57,763 nt of DNA, from IMG/VR virus record IMGVR_UViG_3300045988_077974; one strand, written 5' to 3'. A program made the translations under genes and the position numbers. Source of the DNA: a virus. Below are positions 33,753-41,649 of this stretch, in pieces; the first letter of the stretch is position 1, and every line of letters begins with the position of its first letter. The notes beneath the pieces are model-generated. The model was not told the origin of the DNA. It did no database searches and saw only the letters and a program-made list of their open reading frames with translations.

Positions 33753-33878
33753 GTTTTGATTTCTTTTAATTTCTTTTTGTAGTGCTTAAAATGCCACCGC
33801 AAGCGGATGATCTTCACGCCGTCACGCTCAACGGTGTATGTTTCTGCGATAGCGTCAGCGCCGAAAACATAACCGCCC

Positions 33879-34583
33879 TTATTCGTTCCGGATCTGCTGC
33901 CCATCCTTGCACCCCCTTAATTTTTGCGTCAGCTCCTGTCCGAAGCTGTCAAGGTATATTACTTCTGTCGTTTCTTTCGTTCCTGTCTCTATCGGTCTAC
34001 CCACCACCAGAACCCGGAACGGCTCCAACCGCCGGACCATTTCGCGGAATCCTGCTATATAGCAATGCTTTCCGGCATCCGTAAAACAACGGTTTGTGCT
34101 GACTATTAGCGTGCTGTGTATTGGCAGACCGTCAAAACAAAAGTCGTATGTATCCGCAGATCCCCAACCAACAACCGGTATCACGTCCATACCGTTTAGC
34201 GTCAGCCACCAAGACAACGCCCGCGATCGGTATGCCTGGTATATCTGCAACGCTACCGGCATATCATCGTAAAAACTGAAATCAACACCGGCGATGTATT
34301 TGAAATTGCCAAGCATATCAAAATATTTCTGTGGATTGTTCCATAGACGCTCAAACAAATTATCGTCTATGAAGAAATGACACAGGCAGTCTGCCGGATG
34401 CTTTTCTTTCGATGCTGAATTAAACGGAACTGGTCGCAATCCGTCTGCGGATGCATTTATCGGTGGCAACTGTGGAAATTCATATTTACCGACCAGATCC
34501 GCACCGTAAATAAAACGCTCACGCAAAACATCATCTTTCGTGTTCACGCAGATTCCGTTCGTGTTGTCGAAGTTATTGACCAT
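33879..34583 (-). CDS. DUF4417-family protein (independent transcription unit)
   Basis: FIDDNLFERLWNNPQKYFDML..F.YIAGVDFSFYDDMPVALQIYQAYRSRALSWWL..NGMDVIPVVGW matches the DUF4417 pattern. Start at 34583 behind GAGGTG (track start 34616). Confidence 0.7.
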   Translation of the reverse strand: MVNNFDNTNGICVNTKDDVLRERFIYGADLVGKYEFPQLPPINASADGLRPVPFNSASKEKHPADCLCHFFIDDNLFERLWNNPQKYFDMLGNFKYIAGVDFSFYDDMPVALQIYQAYRSRALSWWLTLNGMDVIPVVGWGSADTYDFCFDGLPIHSTLIVSTNRCFTDAGKHCYIAGFREMVRRLEPFRVLVVGRPIETGTKETTEVIYLDSFGQELTQKLRGCKDGQQIRNE

Positions 34584-34691
34584 ATCGTTGCACCTCACTT
34601 TCGTCATTTTGCACAATGTGCGTCGTGTACTTCAAATTATAAATTGTGCAAAAAAACATAAAATGCATTTTAATTTACATTTTATAAATGT

Positions 34692-34720
34692 ATTATACCA
34701 TAATTAAAAATAATTTGCAA
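34692..34720 (-). promoter_or_regulatory. Consensus promoter for the DUF4417 gene
   Basis: Minus strand reads TTGCAA, 17 nt, TGgTATAAT (extended -10 with a perfect TATAAT). Confidence 0.7.
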
Positions 34721-34759
34721 CAAAAAAGCTACCGGACGCCGCTTGAATGCCCGATAGCT
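34721..34759 (-). terminator. Rho-independent terminator
   Basis: Minus strand reads AGCUAUCGG...CCGGUAGCU (9 bp) followed by UUUUUUG. Confidence 0.8.
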
Positions 34760-34796
34760 TTTATGGATAACTTGTAGAATATATTAAATTGTATAA

Positions 34797-34958
34797 CTAC
34801 AATAACATATTTCTAACATTTTTGCAAGTATTATTTTCTGCGGTCATAATCAGAGAACGTGAAGCATACCCGTTTACTGATAATTCTTTGACCAATTTCT
34901 CCTCTGTAATATCCGGATTCGTCCGGCGAACGTAGTCAAGTAGCTGTTTAATATCCAT
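34797..34958 (-). CDS. 53-aa ORF (MDIKQLLDYVRRTNPDITEEKLVKELSVNGYASRSLIMTAENNTCKNVRNMLL)
   Basis: Hand translation. Its start overlaps the stop of 34958..35278 (TGATG). Confidence 0.45.
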   Translation of the reverse strand: MDIKQLLDYVRRTNPDITEEKLVKELSVNGYASRSLIMTAENNTCKNVRNMLL

Positions 34959-35278
34959 CACGCAACCCTCCTCATAGACGATAGCAACATATCAACGATT
35001 TCAAAGACTTCCGCCCCGTATGTTGCTACAAAATCACATAAAACTTCTTCCTGCTCAAGCGGCAGATAAATGTCATAACTAAGGCAAATGGCGTGACATA
35101 TTTCGTGAGTAAGCACTTTTCTGAAAAATCCACCTTTTACAAGGCTAGAAATGTAAATTTCGTGAGTATTGCTGTCGGTAACACCGATGCTCATAGTGCC
35201 ATCACTCCGAAGCAGCCGGTAATCATCCGGTGGAACAATCACAACATCCCATGCCGTATCATTGATCGTAAACATCAC
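34958..35278 (-). CDS. Small zinc-metallopeptidase-like protein (HExxH)
   Basis: VLTHEICHAI motif, with an overall layout like SprT/ImmA-type minimal metalloproteases. Confidence 0.55.
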   Translation of the reverse strand: MMFTINDTAWDVVIVPPDDYRLLRSDGTMSIGVTDSNTHEIYISSLVKGGFFRKVLTHEICHAICLSYDIYLPLEQEEVLCDFVATYGAEVFEIVDMLLSSMRRVA

Positions 35279-35293
35279 GCCATCACCTCACTG

Positions 35294-35917
35294 TCAAATT
35301 TTAGAAACCAGTGTTGAAAGCTTGTTTCTAAGTAAATTCTTTTCTTCTGCCGTCATATCGTGCATAAGCTTTGTCACATCTCCGGTAATCTCTTTCATAT
35401 AGCTGTCAAGAGACTCCATCTTTTTCTGCTTATCCTCCGGCGTGTCAGCCTTGTGCATATCTTTTGTTTCCGTGTAATGACGTTTTGCACGGTCGTAATT
35501 GCTTTCTTTCATTTCCGGACGGTTCATGCCAGTGTCGGTGTAATGCATTTTACCATCGTGTCTATCCATATCACGATCCCACTCCGGATCCGTATGGTAA
35601 TACGGCGGTTCATCATATCCCCTGCGTGTACCCCTGCCCTTTGGAGCGAATCTTCCGTCAGCGTAGCGGTAGTGGTCATAGTATCTTCTGTCCGGATAAT
35701 CTTCGTACTGTTCAAGCATACGCATGATATCTTCGTTATCTTCTGACTTTTCCATAGCTTCAACAATTCTGTAATCCTTATCAAAGCAAACTATGTTCTT
35801 AGCTATTTCTGTAAAATCCTTTAAATCGTCAAGGTTTTGCCCTTCAAAGCTATCTAATCCGATTGCTTCAACCTTAGCCTTGACACATTCCATAATCTGT
35901 TTAGCCCATTTATGCAT
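35294..35917 (-). CDS. Hypothetical Tyr/His/Asp/Arg-rich protein
   Basis: Low-complexity core YYDHYRYADGRFAPKGRGTRRGYDEPPYYHTDPEWDRDMDRHDGKMHY. No family recognised. Confidence 0.6.
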   Translation of the reverse strand: MHKWAKQIMECVKAKVEAIGLDSFEGQNLDDLKDFTEIAKNIVCFDKDYRIVEAMEKSEDNEDIMRMLEQYEDYPDRRYYDHYRYADGRFAPKGRGTRRGYDEPPYYHTDPEWDRDMDRHDGKMHYTDTGMNRPEMKESNYDRAKRHYTETKDMHKADTPEDKQKKMESLDSYMKEITGDVTKLMHDMTAEEKNLLRNKLSTLVSKI

Positions 35918-35921
35918 AATA

Positions 35922-36341
35922 TCAAGCCTCCCTTACTGCAATCAAATTGCTGTTCTGAACCTCAATAGCTTGTGCTGACGTATTCTGCACGGCAACAGTG
36001 CTACAGCAACCGCAAGGAACGTCAATATAAGCCTGTGCGGAGACATTAAAGAAATTTTCTACAGCCGCAGGAGTGACAATCATCCGTGTTGCCTGCAATG
36101 GCTCTCCGTCTACTGCAATGGCAAGGGAAATGGCTTCCACCGTACCACCTGTAGGTATCTGAATATTGCCACTGTAAGAAACCAAAAACCTAGCCCTGCA
36201 TTGATTGGTTATTCCTCTAAGCTTAATAATTCCGCTTCCCTGTCTGTGGACTATACATTTGGTTCCGCATACTGGCGTTTCTGTAAATGCAACATCCTCT
36301 CCGGCGGCAACTGTTTGCAACGCAATTCCTGTTATTTCCAT
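35922..36341 (-). CDS. Beta-rich protein resembling the BclA C-terminal (C1q/TNF-like) domain
   Basis: Start at 36341 behind GAGAGG. The pattern QTVAAGEDVAFTE....GSGIIKL...G.FLVSYSGNI......ISLAIAVDGEPL...V.....NF.NVSAQAYIDV......V.N.S resembles BclA-CTD-like jelly rolls. Recalled from memory, weak. Confidence 0.35.
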   Translation of the reverse strand: MEITGIALQTVAAGEDVAFTETPVCGTKCIVHRQGSGIIKLRGITNQCRARFLVSYSGNIQIPTGGTVEAISLAIAVDGEPLQATRMIVTPAAVENFFNVSAQAYIDVPCGCCSTVAVQNTSAQAIEVQNSNLIAVREA

Positions 36342-36464
36342 AGTTTTTACCTCTCTTTCACAAAATAAGGGCAAACATTACAGTCTGCCCTTTGATTCAA
36401 AAGTAATACTGCTTAGCAGACATAATCGAGTTAAACTCAATTAAGATACTCAATTATTTAGTTG

Positions 36465-37256
36465 TTAGCAGTTACAACCCGTATTACATCCGCAACCATA
36501 AGCATATGCGTTAGGATTAGGAACGACATACGCCGGAACAGCTGTAGGATTTACAGAATTGATAATCTGCTGCGTCTGTGCATTCATTGCAGTTGTCAGA
36601 AATGCGGACTGGCGATCCTGCGAAGCTGCTCTGCGAAGATCATTGTTCTCTGCCTGCAGGGTAGAGATTTTTTCCTGGCAAAGGTAATCAAGGATTGCAC
36701 GGGTGCCAGCATTCTGGCTGTCAATGATGTCTCTGGTGTTGTTATTCATTGTGTTCTGTAAAGCACATGCGTTTTGAGCTGCATTGTAGTTTACACCTTG
36801 AATAGCCTCTCTTACATCACAGCAGCAACTAGCAATCTGCGACTGTAAAGCATTTGTGTTTTGCATATTTGCCACAGTATCGGCGTTAATAGCCTGCTGA
36901 ATTCCGTACCCGGTCTGCATTACATTGGTGTTAATGCCATTAAACCCAGTAAGCATACCGTTATTCATAGCATAAAAACCATCACACAAACCGTTGTTGA
37001 TTCCGTCAAGCTTTCCGATGATAGACTGTGTATCAAATCCTCTCTGAATTGCACTGTCTGTGTATGCGGCTGCTGTAGATCCCATTCCGCCGCCATTGCC
37101 GCCCCAGCCGTTACCGCCGAAGCTGCCCCAGCCAAAGATCATAGCGAAGATGATAATAGCCCACCAGCCATCACCGCCCCACATACCATCATTATTCCTG
37201 TTGTTTCCTGTCACTGCCGCAATATCGGCAAGACTTGGTGAATTTCCATTAAACAT
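36465..37256 (-). CDS. Membrane-anchored Gly/Trp-rich, Gln/Asn-rich, Cys-rich protein
   Basis: WGGDGWWAIIIFAMIFGWGSFGGNGWGGNGGG TM/Gly region, Q/N-rich helical core with CC/CCC motifs, and C-terminus YGCGCNTGCNC. Confidence 0.7.
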   Translation of the reverse strand: MFNGNSPSLADIAAVTGNNRNNDGMWGGDGWWAIIIFAMIFGWGSFGGNGWGGNGGGMGSTAAAYTDSAIQRGFDTQSIIGKLDGINNGLCDGFYAMNNGMLTGFNGINTNVMQTGYGIQQAINADTVANMQNTNALQSQIASCCCDVREAIQGVNYNAAQNACALQNTMNNNTRDIIDSQNAGTRAILDYLCQEKISTLQAENNDLRRAASQDRQSAFLTTAMNAQTQQIINSVNPTAVPAYVVPNPNAYAYGCGCNTGCNC

Positions 37257-37325
37257 TTTGGTTTACCTCCGTAAATTTATTTACATCGGGTAACCGGTCT
37301 TTTTGTGCGCACGACCCAAAATGTA

Positions 37326-37565
37326 TCAATGTTTGTTAAACATACCCATAACTTGTTGTTTGGCTTGGTCTACCGTAATTCCACGCTCTTTGCACATATT
37401 TTCAGCCATATTCTGCAAGCCCCTCGTATCTCCGTTTTGATACATTTTCATGGCGTTTTGTGCAAGCGGATTGTTTTGAACATTAGGATTGTTTTCAATT
37501 ATGCTTTGAATTGCCTGCTGCGGATTTCCGCTTGTCATCATTTGAATAATGTTAATTGGGTTCAT
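37326..37565 (-). CDS. Hypothetical Gln/Asn-rich small protein
   Basis: ORF track. Overlaps the stop of 37562..38077. Confidence 0.55.
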   Translation of the reverse strand: MNPINIIQMMTSGNPQQAIQSIIENNPNVQNNPLAQNAMKMYQNGDTRGLQNMAENMCKERGITVDQAKQQVMGMFNKH

Positions 37566-38077
37566 TCAGCATCACTCTCCTTTTTGGTTGAAGATCTTGT
37601 GCTTTTCGCTGTATTTTTTGTTAATGACGATTCAATGGACGATATTTTGCTTTCCAATTCATCAAATCGTTTCATAAACGCCCCTGTAACATCGTCAGAT
37701 AGCCCTATTTCAAGTTTTTTACCATCATCCATAGGATTTACACCATCCGTCATCGAAACAGGCTTAAAAACGACAGTATCAAGAGTGCCGTTGCTGTTCC
37801 AAGCCTTGACATAGATTTCTGATAAGTCCTGTTTTGGAAAAAATGCCGGGGATCCGGTCATTGGTACGTCCTGTGGAGCTATATCTTCTATTCTTCCGAC
37901 CATTTTACCTACCATACCGGACATCGGTGCTGGTTGTTGTACTTGCTGTGGTTGCATCTGTTCTTGCGGCAACCTCTGTTGTACGTTTTGCATCGGATTG
38001 TATTGATAAGCGTTAAATTCCGGACTATAAGTCATAGTCGGAGCCTGCTGATATGTCTGATACGGATTCATCTGCAT
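37562..38077 (-). CDS. Hypothetical protein with a Gln/Pro/Tyr-rich N-terminus
   Basis: MQMNPYQTYQQAPTMTYSPEFNAYQYNPMQNVQQRLPQEQMQPQQVQQP... GAGGAGGG RBS. Confidence 0.6.
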   Translation of the reverse strand: MQMNPYQTYQQAPTMTYSPEFNAYQYNPMQNVQQRLPQEQMQPQQVQQPAPMSGMVGKMVGRIEDIAPQDVPMTGSPAFFPKQDLSEIYVKAWNSNGTLDTVVFKPVSMTDGVNPMDDGKKLEIGLSDDVTGAFMKRFDELESKISSIESSLTKNTAKSTRSSTKKESDAE

Positions 38078-38201
38078 TTATTTCGCCCTCCTCCAAAACT
38101 TCGTCTATTGCCTTCAAAATAAGGGACAGCGTAACAAGGTCAACACGCTTCATTACTGTTTCATTCCCGAAAATACGTTCTCGCATTGCGTCTGTAATCA
38201 T
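38025..38201 (-). CDS. Hypothetical small acidic protein
   Basis: Start at 38201 behind AAAGGAGGGAACGG. The track start 38258 would run through a terminator hairpin. Confidence 0.45.
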   Translation of the reverse strand: MITDAMRERIFGNETVMKRVDLVTLSLILKAIDEVLEEGEINADESVSDISAGSDYDL

Positions 38202-38233
38202 CTGCCGTTCCCTCCTTTGATTAAATTTTTGCA

Positions 38234-38262
38234 TAAAAAAAGAGATGTGAATTATCACATCT
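38234..38262 (-). terminator. Rho-independent terminator downstream of int/attP
   Basis: AGATGTGA-(4-nt loop)-TCACATCT followed by a U-run on the minus strand. Confidence 0.7.
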
Positions 38263-38320
38263 TTATCAATTTTTTATCATTGCATAGGGCTTTTTGAATT
38301 ATTTTTTTAGTATTTTGTTT

Positions 38321-38582
38321 ATGTACCAATCTATGTACCAATCGTGTACCAATTTTTGTTAAATTATGAAAATATATGATTAAATTCGTAAATGTTAGGT
38401 AATTTTGAAATGCTGTATTTTCAATGCATTGAAACAATTTGAGCAATTATGTAAAATTACGCAAAAATCCAATGTACACAAACTTTACATTTGTGTTAAA
38501 ATTCAATTAAATATTGGAAACAACTGAAAACACTGCATTGCAATATACTACGTTCTTAATTATGTACCAATTATGTACCAAT
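38321..38582. promoter_or_regulatory. Probable attP: integrase arm-type repeats flanking a core region
   Basis: ATGTACCAAT at 38321-38330, 38333-38342, 38562-38571 and 38573-38582, and GTGTACCAAT at 38344-38353. 14-bp palindrome TTCAATGCATTGAA at 38420-38433. Directly 3' of int. Confidence 0.55.
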
Positions 38583-38583
38583 T

Positions 38584-39708
38584 TCAAACAATGTTAATTG
38601 CATCCCCTACCTTGAAAAGTTCCTCTATACCATAATCATCTCCCGGTGTGACATACAGATCAAGTGTTGTTGATATTTTTTGATGCCCCATAATTCTTTG
38701 CAGTGCTTTCGGGTTCATCCCAGCTTGTATGCACCGTGTGGCGAAAGTGTGTCTTAATAGATGCATTGATATGTTTCGTAGTCCGTTTGTCTTACAAACA
38801 TAAGCTATTCTTGTCGATAAACAAAATCTAGGTATACAGCTTCCGTCTGAATTTTTAAAAACCAAATCACCATATACTATGTTTGTAGCATATCCTTTTT
38901 GAGATTTTTTTACAATCCGTAGTATCCTTAACGCTTCCGTTGTCAATGGTATATTTCTTTTTCCGGCTTTCGTTTTTGTTTCGCCTAAAAACCAGCTATT
39001 ATCATTTTTATCTTGAATCAAGCTTCTATTTACCGACAAAGTATTATTTTCATAGTCTATATCGGACCACTTCATGCCAAGAACCTCTCCAACTCTCAAT
39101 CCTGTTTGCAGTACGAATCTGAATATATATTCGTATTTTCCTCCGGTTATTGCTTCTACAAATATTTTTTGCTCATTTTTGCTCATGGCAATCCGTTCAC
39201 GTTCTTCTTTTCCTGTTAATTTAACAGTTTTTCCGCACGGATTTTCTTTTAAAACCTTATTTTGCACTGCATAATCAAACATATTTCCCATTATAGCCTT
39301 TACGATATCTTCTGTTTTATTGCTCATTCCTGCATCTGACATATCATTAAGAACTCTTTGGCACGTTAATGGTATTATTTTTTTAATTTCAACATCTCCT
39401 ATTTTTGGCTTTATATGTTTTTCGTAATTAAAAGAATAAATATATAATGTCCCCTGCTTAACAGTCCTTCTTTTCATATCAATCCATATTTCATACCATG
39501 AATTAACCGTCATATTGTCTGGTTGCTCAATATCGCTATGTTCATTATGGTATTTACTATCAGCAACCCATTTCTGGCATTCTCGAACATTACGAAACAA
39601 TTTCTGCCTACGTTTACCAAATCTATCGGTATATCTGCCAACATAGTAACCGTCCTTTCTTTGAGATATACCCTCTCCAAGCTCCTTGCCTTTCAGACTT
39701 TTTCCCAT
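38584..39708 (-). CDS. int: Tyrosine integrase
   Basis: C-terminal catalytic region ...GLRVGEVLGMKW...HLLRHTFATRCIQAGMNPKALQRIMGHQKISTTLDLYV (R..HxxR..Y). Confidence 0.92.
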   Translation of the reverse strand: MGKSLKGKELGEGISQRKDGYYVGRYTDRFGKRRQKLFRNVRECQKWVADSKYHNEHSDIEQPDNMTVNSWYEIWIDMKRRTVKQGTLYIYSFNYEKHIKPKIGDVEIKKIIPLTCQRVLNDMSDAGMSNKTEDIVKAIMGNMFDYAVQNKVLKENPCGKTVKLTGKEERERIAMSKNEQKIFVEAITGGKYEYIFRFVLQTGLRVGEVLGMKWSDIDYENNTLSVNRSLIQDKNDNSWFLGETKTKAGKRNIPLTTEALRILRIVKKSQKGYATNIVYGDLVFKNSDGSCIPRFCLSTRIAYVCKTNGLRNISMHLLRHTFATRCIQAGMNPKALQRIMGHQKISTTLDLYVTPGDDYGIEELFKVGDAINIV

Positions 39709-39732
39709 TGCTGTTCTCTCCTTTCTTATACA

Positions 39733-39774
39733 GAAAAAGCCCTATGCAACATTACATACTATCACATAAGGCTT
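39733..39774 (-). terminator. Hairpin terminator between xis and int
   Basis: Minus strand reads AAGCCUUAUG...CAUAGGGCUU (10 bp including one G:U) followed by UUUUCU. Confidence 0.55.
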
Positions 39775-39781
39775 CATAAGT

Positions 39782-40180
39782 CTACAATTCAACATTTTCC
39801 TCGATGTATTTTTCAAAGGATTTTCTTTTAATCAATCGTTTCTTGCCGACAAAAACAACAAATCCGCATCTCGGATTATTGGACAGCTCACGGATCTTGT
39901 GGATTCCTATGTTGCTATATGCTGCTGCTTCCTCTATAGTCAGCGTAACTTTCTCCCAGATTGGTACTTCCTTTGTTTTCATATAATCGCCACCTATCTT
40001 CTTTTTAATACTTTCTATCCTCCTGCTAACCGTTGCTGTTGATATTGCGTGTTCAAATGCTATCTGTTCCAGACTTTTCCCTTTTGATAGCATTTTAAAC
40101 ACATATTCTTCATCTTCTGTTAAATTGGCGTTTTCAAGTATCTCTTCAAGTTCTGGCTTAGTCAGTTTCGATAACTTCAT
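39782..40180 (-). CDS. xis: Excisionase-family DNA-binding protein fused to (or preceded in-frame by) a sigma70-region-4/LuxR-like HTH
   Basis: The C-terminal half LTIEEAAAYSNIGIHKIRELSN....FVVFVGKKRLIKRKSFEKYI is an excisionase/MerR-type HTH. The N-terminal half EEYVFKMLSKGKSLEQIAFEHAISTATVSRRI is region-4-like. An internal ATG (MKTKEV...) could give a separate Xis. Confidence 0.7.
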   Translation of the reverse strand: MKLSKLTKPELEEILENANLTEDEEYVFKMLSKGKSLEQIAFEHAISTATVSRRIESIKKKIGGDYMKTKEVPIWEKVTLTIEEAAAYSNIGIHKIRELSNNPRCGFVVFVGKKRLIKRKSFEKYIEENVEL

Positions 40181-40194
40181 AAGCCAATCTCCTA

Positions 40195-40341
40195 TTATTT
40201 TGTTTTATCTTTCATTTTCTCCTGCCATTCTTCTTCCAGCTTTAAAGCGTGATACACTGTGACGTACATTTCCGTATCATTTCTGCTTAAATCCAAAAGA
40301 ATCGGTGCTATGAATTTCCATATTTCTTTAGGATCGGTCAT
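40195..40341 (-). CDS. 48-aa ORF (MTDPKEIWKFIAPILLDLSRNDTEMYVTVYHALKLEEEWQEKMKDKTK)
   Basis: Hand translation. ATGA overlap with the stop of 40338..40595. Confidence 0.45.
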   Translation of the reverse strand: MTDPKEIWKFIAPILLDLSRNDTEMYVTVYHALKLEEEWQEKMKDKTK

Positions 40342-40595
40342 TTCTTCATCCCACCTCCCTCTACTATTCCAATTGCCCTTTCATATGCATCCTTTAAGCC
40401 TTCAGCGTAATCAACGCTAGTGCTTCTTACTATTCCATAACATCGTTTCAACTGTTCTACAACTCCGTCAATATCATAAGCTGTTGGATATTCTTCTAGT
40501 AAATACAATACTGCATTTGTATTTACTAAAGTTTCATTGCTTAAAGTAACCGATTTTAAATCTTTCTTTAGTGCATCTGCATCTATCAATTTCAT
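40338..40595 (-). CDS. Hypothetical protein
   Basis: ORF track. Overlapping stop/start with neighbours. Confidence 0.55.
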   Translation of the reverse strand: MKLIDADALKKDLKSVTLSNETLVNTNAVLYLLEEYPTAYDIDGVVEQLKRCYGIVRSTSVDYAEGLKDAYERAIGIVEGGGMKK

Positions 40596-40885
40596 TCTTT
40601 ACCACTCCAATCTAACCTACAACCGCAATTGCTACAGTAATTTGGTGCATTGTTGTTATTCATTATTCCTACATCATGACTGACTTTGATTGTGTTTCCA
40701 CATTCACAATGGAATACAGAAAGAGTATCACTAAGGTTATGGTTAAATATAGGTTTCTTCGGTATCTGCTTTTCAAGTGCCTGTATTGCAAATTTGACAG
40801 CTTCTATCCCATCTGTAAGTGCGTTATTTTTAACCTGTATCTCTAAATCTCTTTGTAATATTTTAATTGCTTCACTCTCTGTCAT
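40592..40885 (-). CDS. Hypothetical zinc-ribbon protein
   Basis: Start at 40885 behind GAGGGATAAT. CECG...CSNCG motifs. Confidence 0.55.
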   Translation of the reverse strand: MTESEAIKILQRDLEIQVKNNALTDGIEAVKFAIQALEKQIPKKPIFNHNLSDTLSVFHCECGNTIKVSHDVGIMNNNNAPNYCSNCGCRLDWSGKE

Positions 40886-40886
40886 A

Positions 40887-41249
40887 TTATCCCTCGCTTT
40901 CTGATAATTCCGGATTGTCAAAAATGTTGCCAATAACTTCATCCTGTTGTAAATTCCAACGCATAGACTTAGAATATGTGAAGATAGGAGGTTGATATTC
41001 AATGAAATCAATTCTTGTTCCACCCCAATCGTATTTAACAATATCATTCTCCCAAATCAGCTTGCCGTTCTTATCTTTCAAGCCTGTGCATTGACAGATT
41101 GTGAATGGGTCTACTTCGAATCCCTGAAGAGAACCATCTGCCGGATTCTGGTTGAATATAGTAGATGCGTCATCGTGAAGCAGCAATGCACCTAGCACCC
41201 ATTCTCCGTTATCAATTCGCTTTGCCTTAAATAAATATCTATCTTCCAT
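40887..41249 (-). CDS. YopX-family protein
   Basis: FKAKRIDNGEWV.G......VDPFTICQCTGLKDKNGKLIWENDIV matches the YopX signature. Start at 41249 behind AGGAGAG. Confidence 0.75.
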   Translation of the reverse strand: MEDRYLFKAKRIDNGEWVLGALLLHDDASTIFNQNPADGSLQGFEVDPFTICQCTGLKDKNGKLIWENDIVKYDWGGTRIDFIEYQPPIFTYSKSMRWNLQQDEVIGNIFDNPELSESEG

Positions 41250-41257
41250 GTTCTCTC

Positions 41258-41464
41258 CTATTCTGCTTCTGATTGAAGCCATTCCAGTAAATCTCCATAA
41301 CTGTCATGAATTTCTTCTTCCCGATCGGTATCAAGGTTATAGATTGACTTATATGGTTCTTCGTGTCTTTCGATATCGCACATGTTAGTAAGCCATTCCG
41401 CCAACTCTTCATCCGACATATTCCTTATCCTGTCAGCATTGCTCTGTTTACCACTCATTTTCAA
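41258..41464 (-). CDS. Hypothetical protein, member of the NADRIRNMSDEELAE[WF]L...LQSEAE paralog family
   Basis: Shares a motif and 39-bp plus 24-bp identical DNA segments with 47798..48352. Confidence 0.6.
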   Translation of the reverse strand: MKMSGKQSNADRIRNMSDEELAEWLTNMCDIERHEEPYKSIYNLDTDREEEIHDSYGDLLEWLQSEAE

Positions 41465-41649
41465 TCTACCTCCACTTCATCCAACAAATCAATAACACAA
41501 TCTTTACACAACTGCCTGCCGTCAAATTCGTACAGTTTTTCTTCATCACCGCACTTGTCACAATAGCAATGTGGAACCCTGCTGTTAGGGCATCCATCAC
41601 CGATACAAACTGTATCGCAATGCAGGCATTCATTCTCGTAAACTACCAT
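41461..41649 (-). CDS. Hypothetical Cys-rich protein
   Basis: ORF track. Multiple CxxC motifs. Confidence 0.5.
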   Translation of the reverse strand: MVVYENECLHCDTVCIGDGCPNSRVPHCYCDKCGDEEKLYEFDGRQLCKDCVIDLLDEVEVD

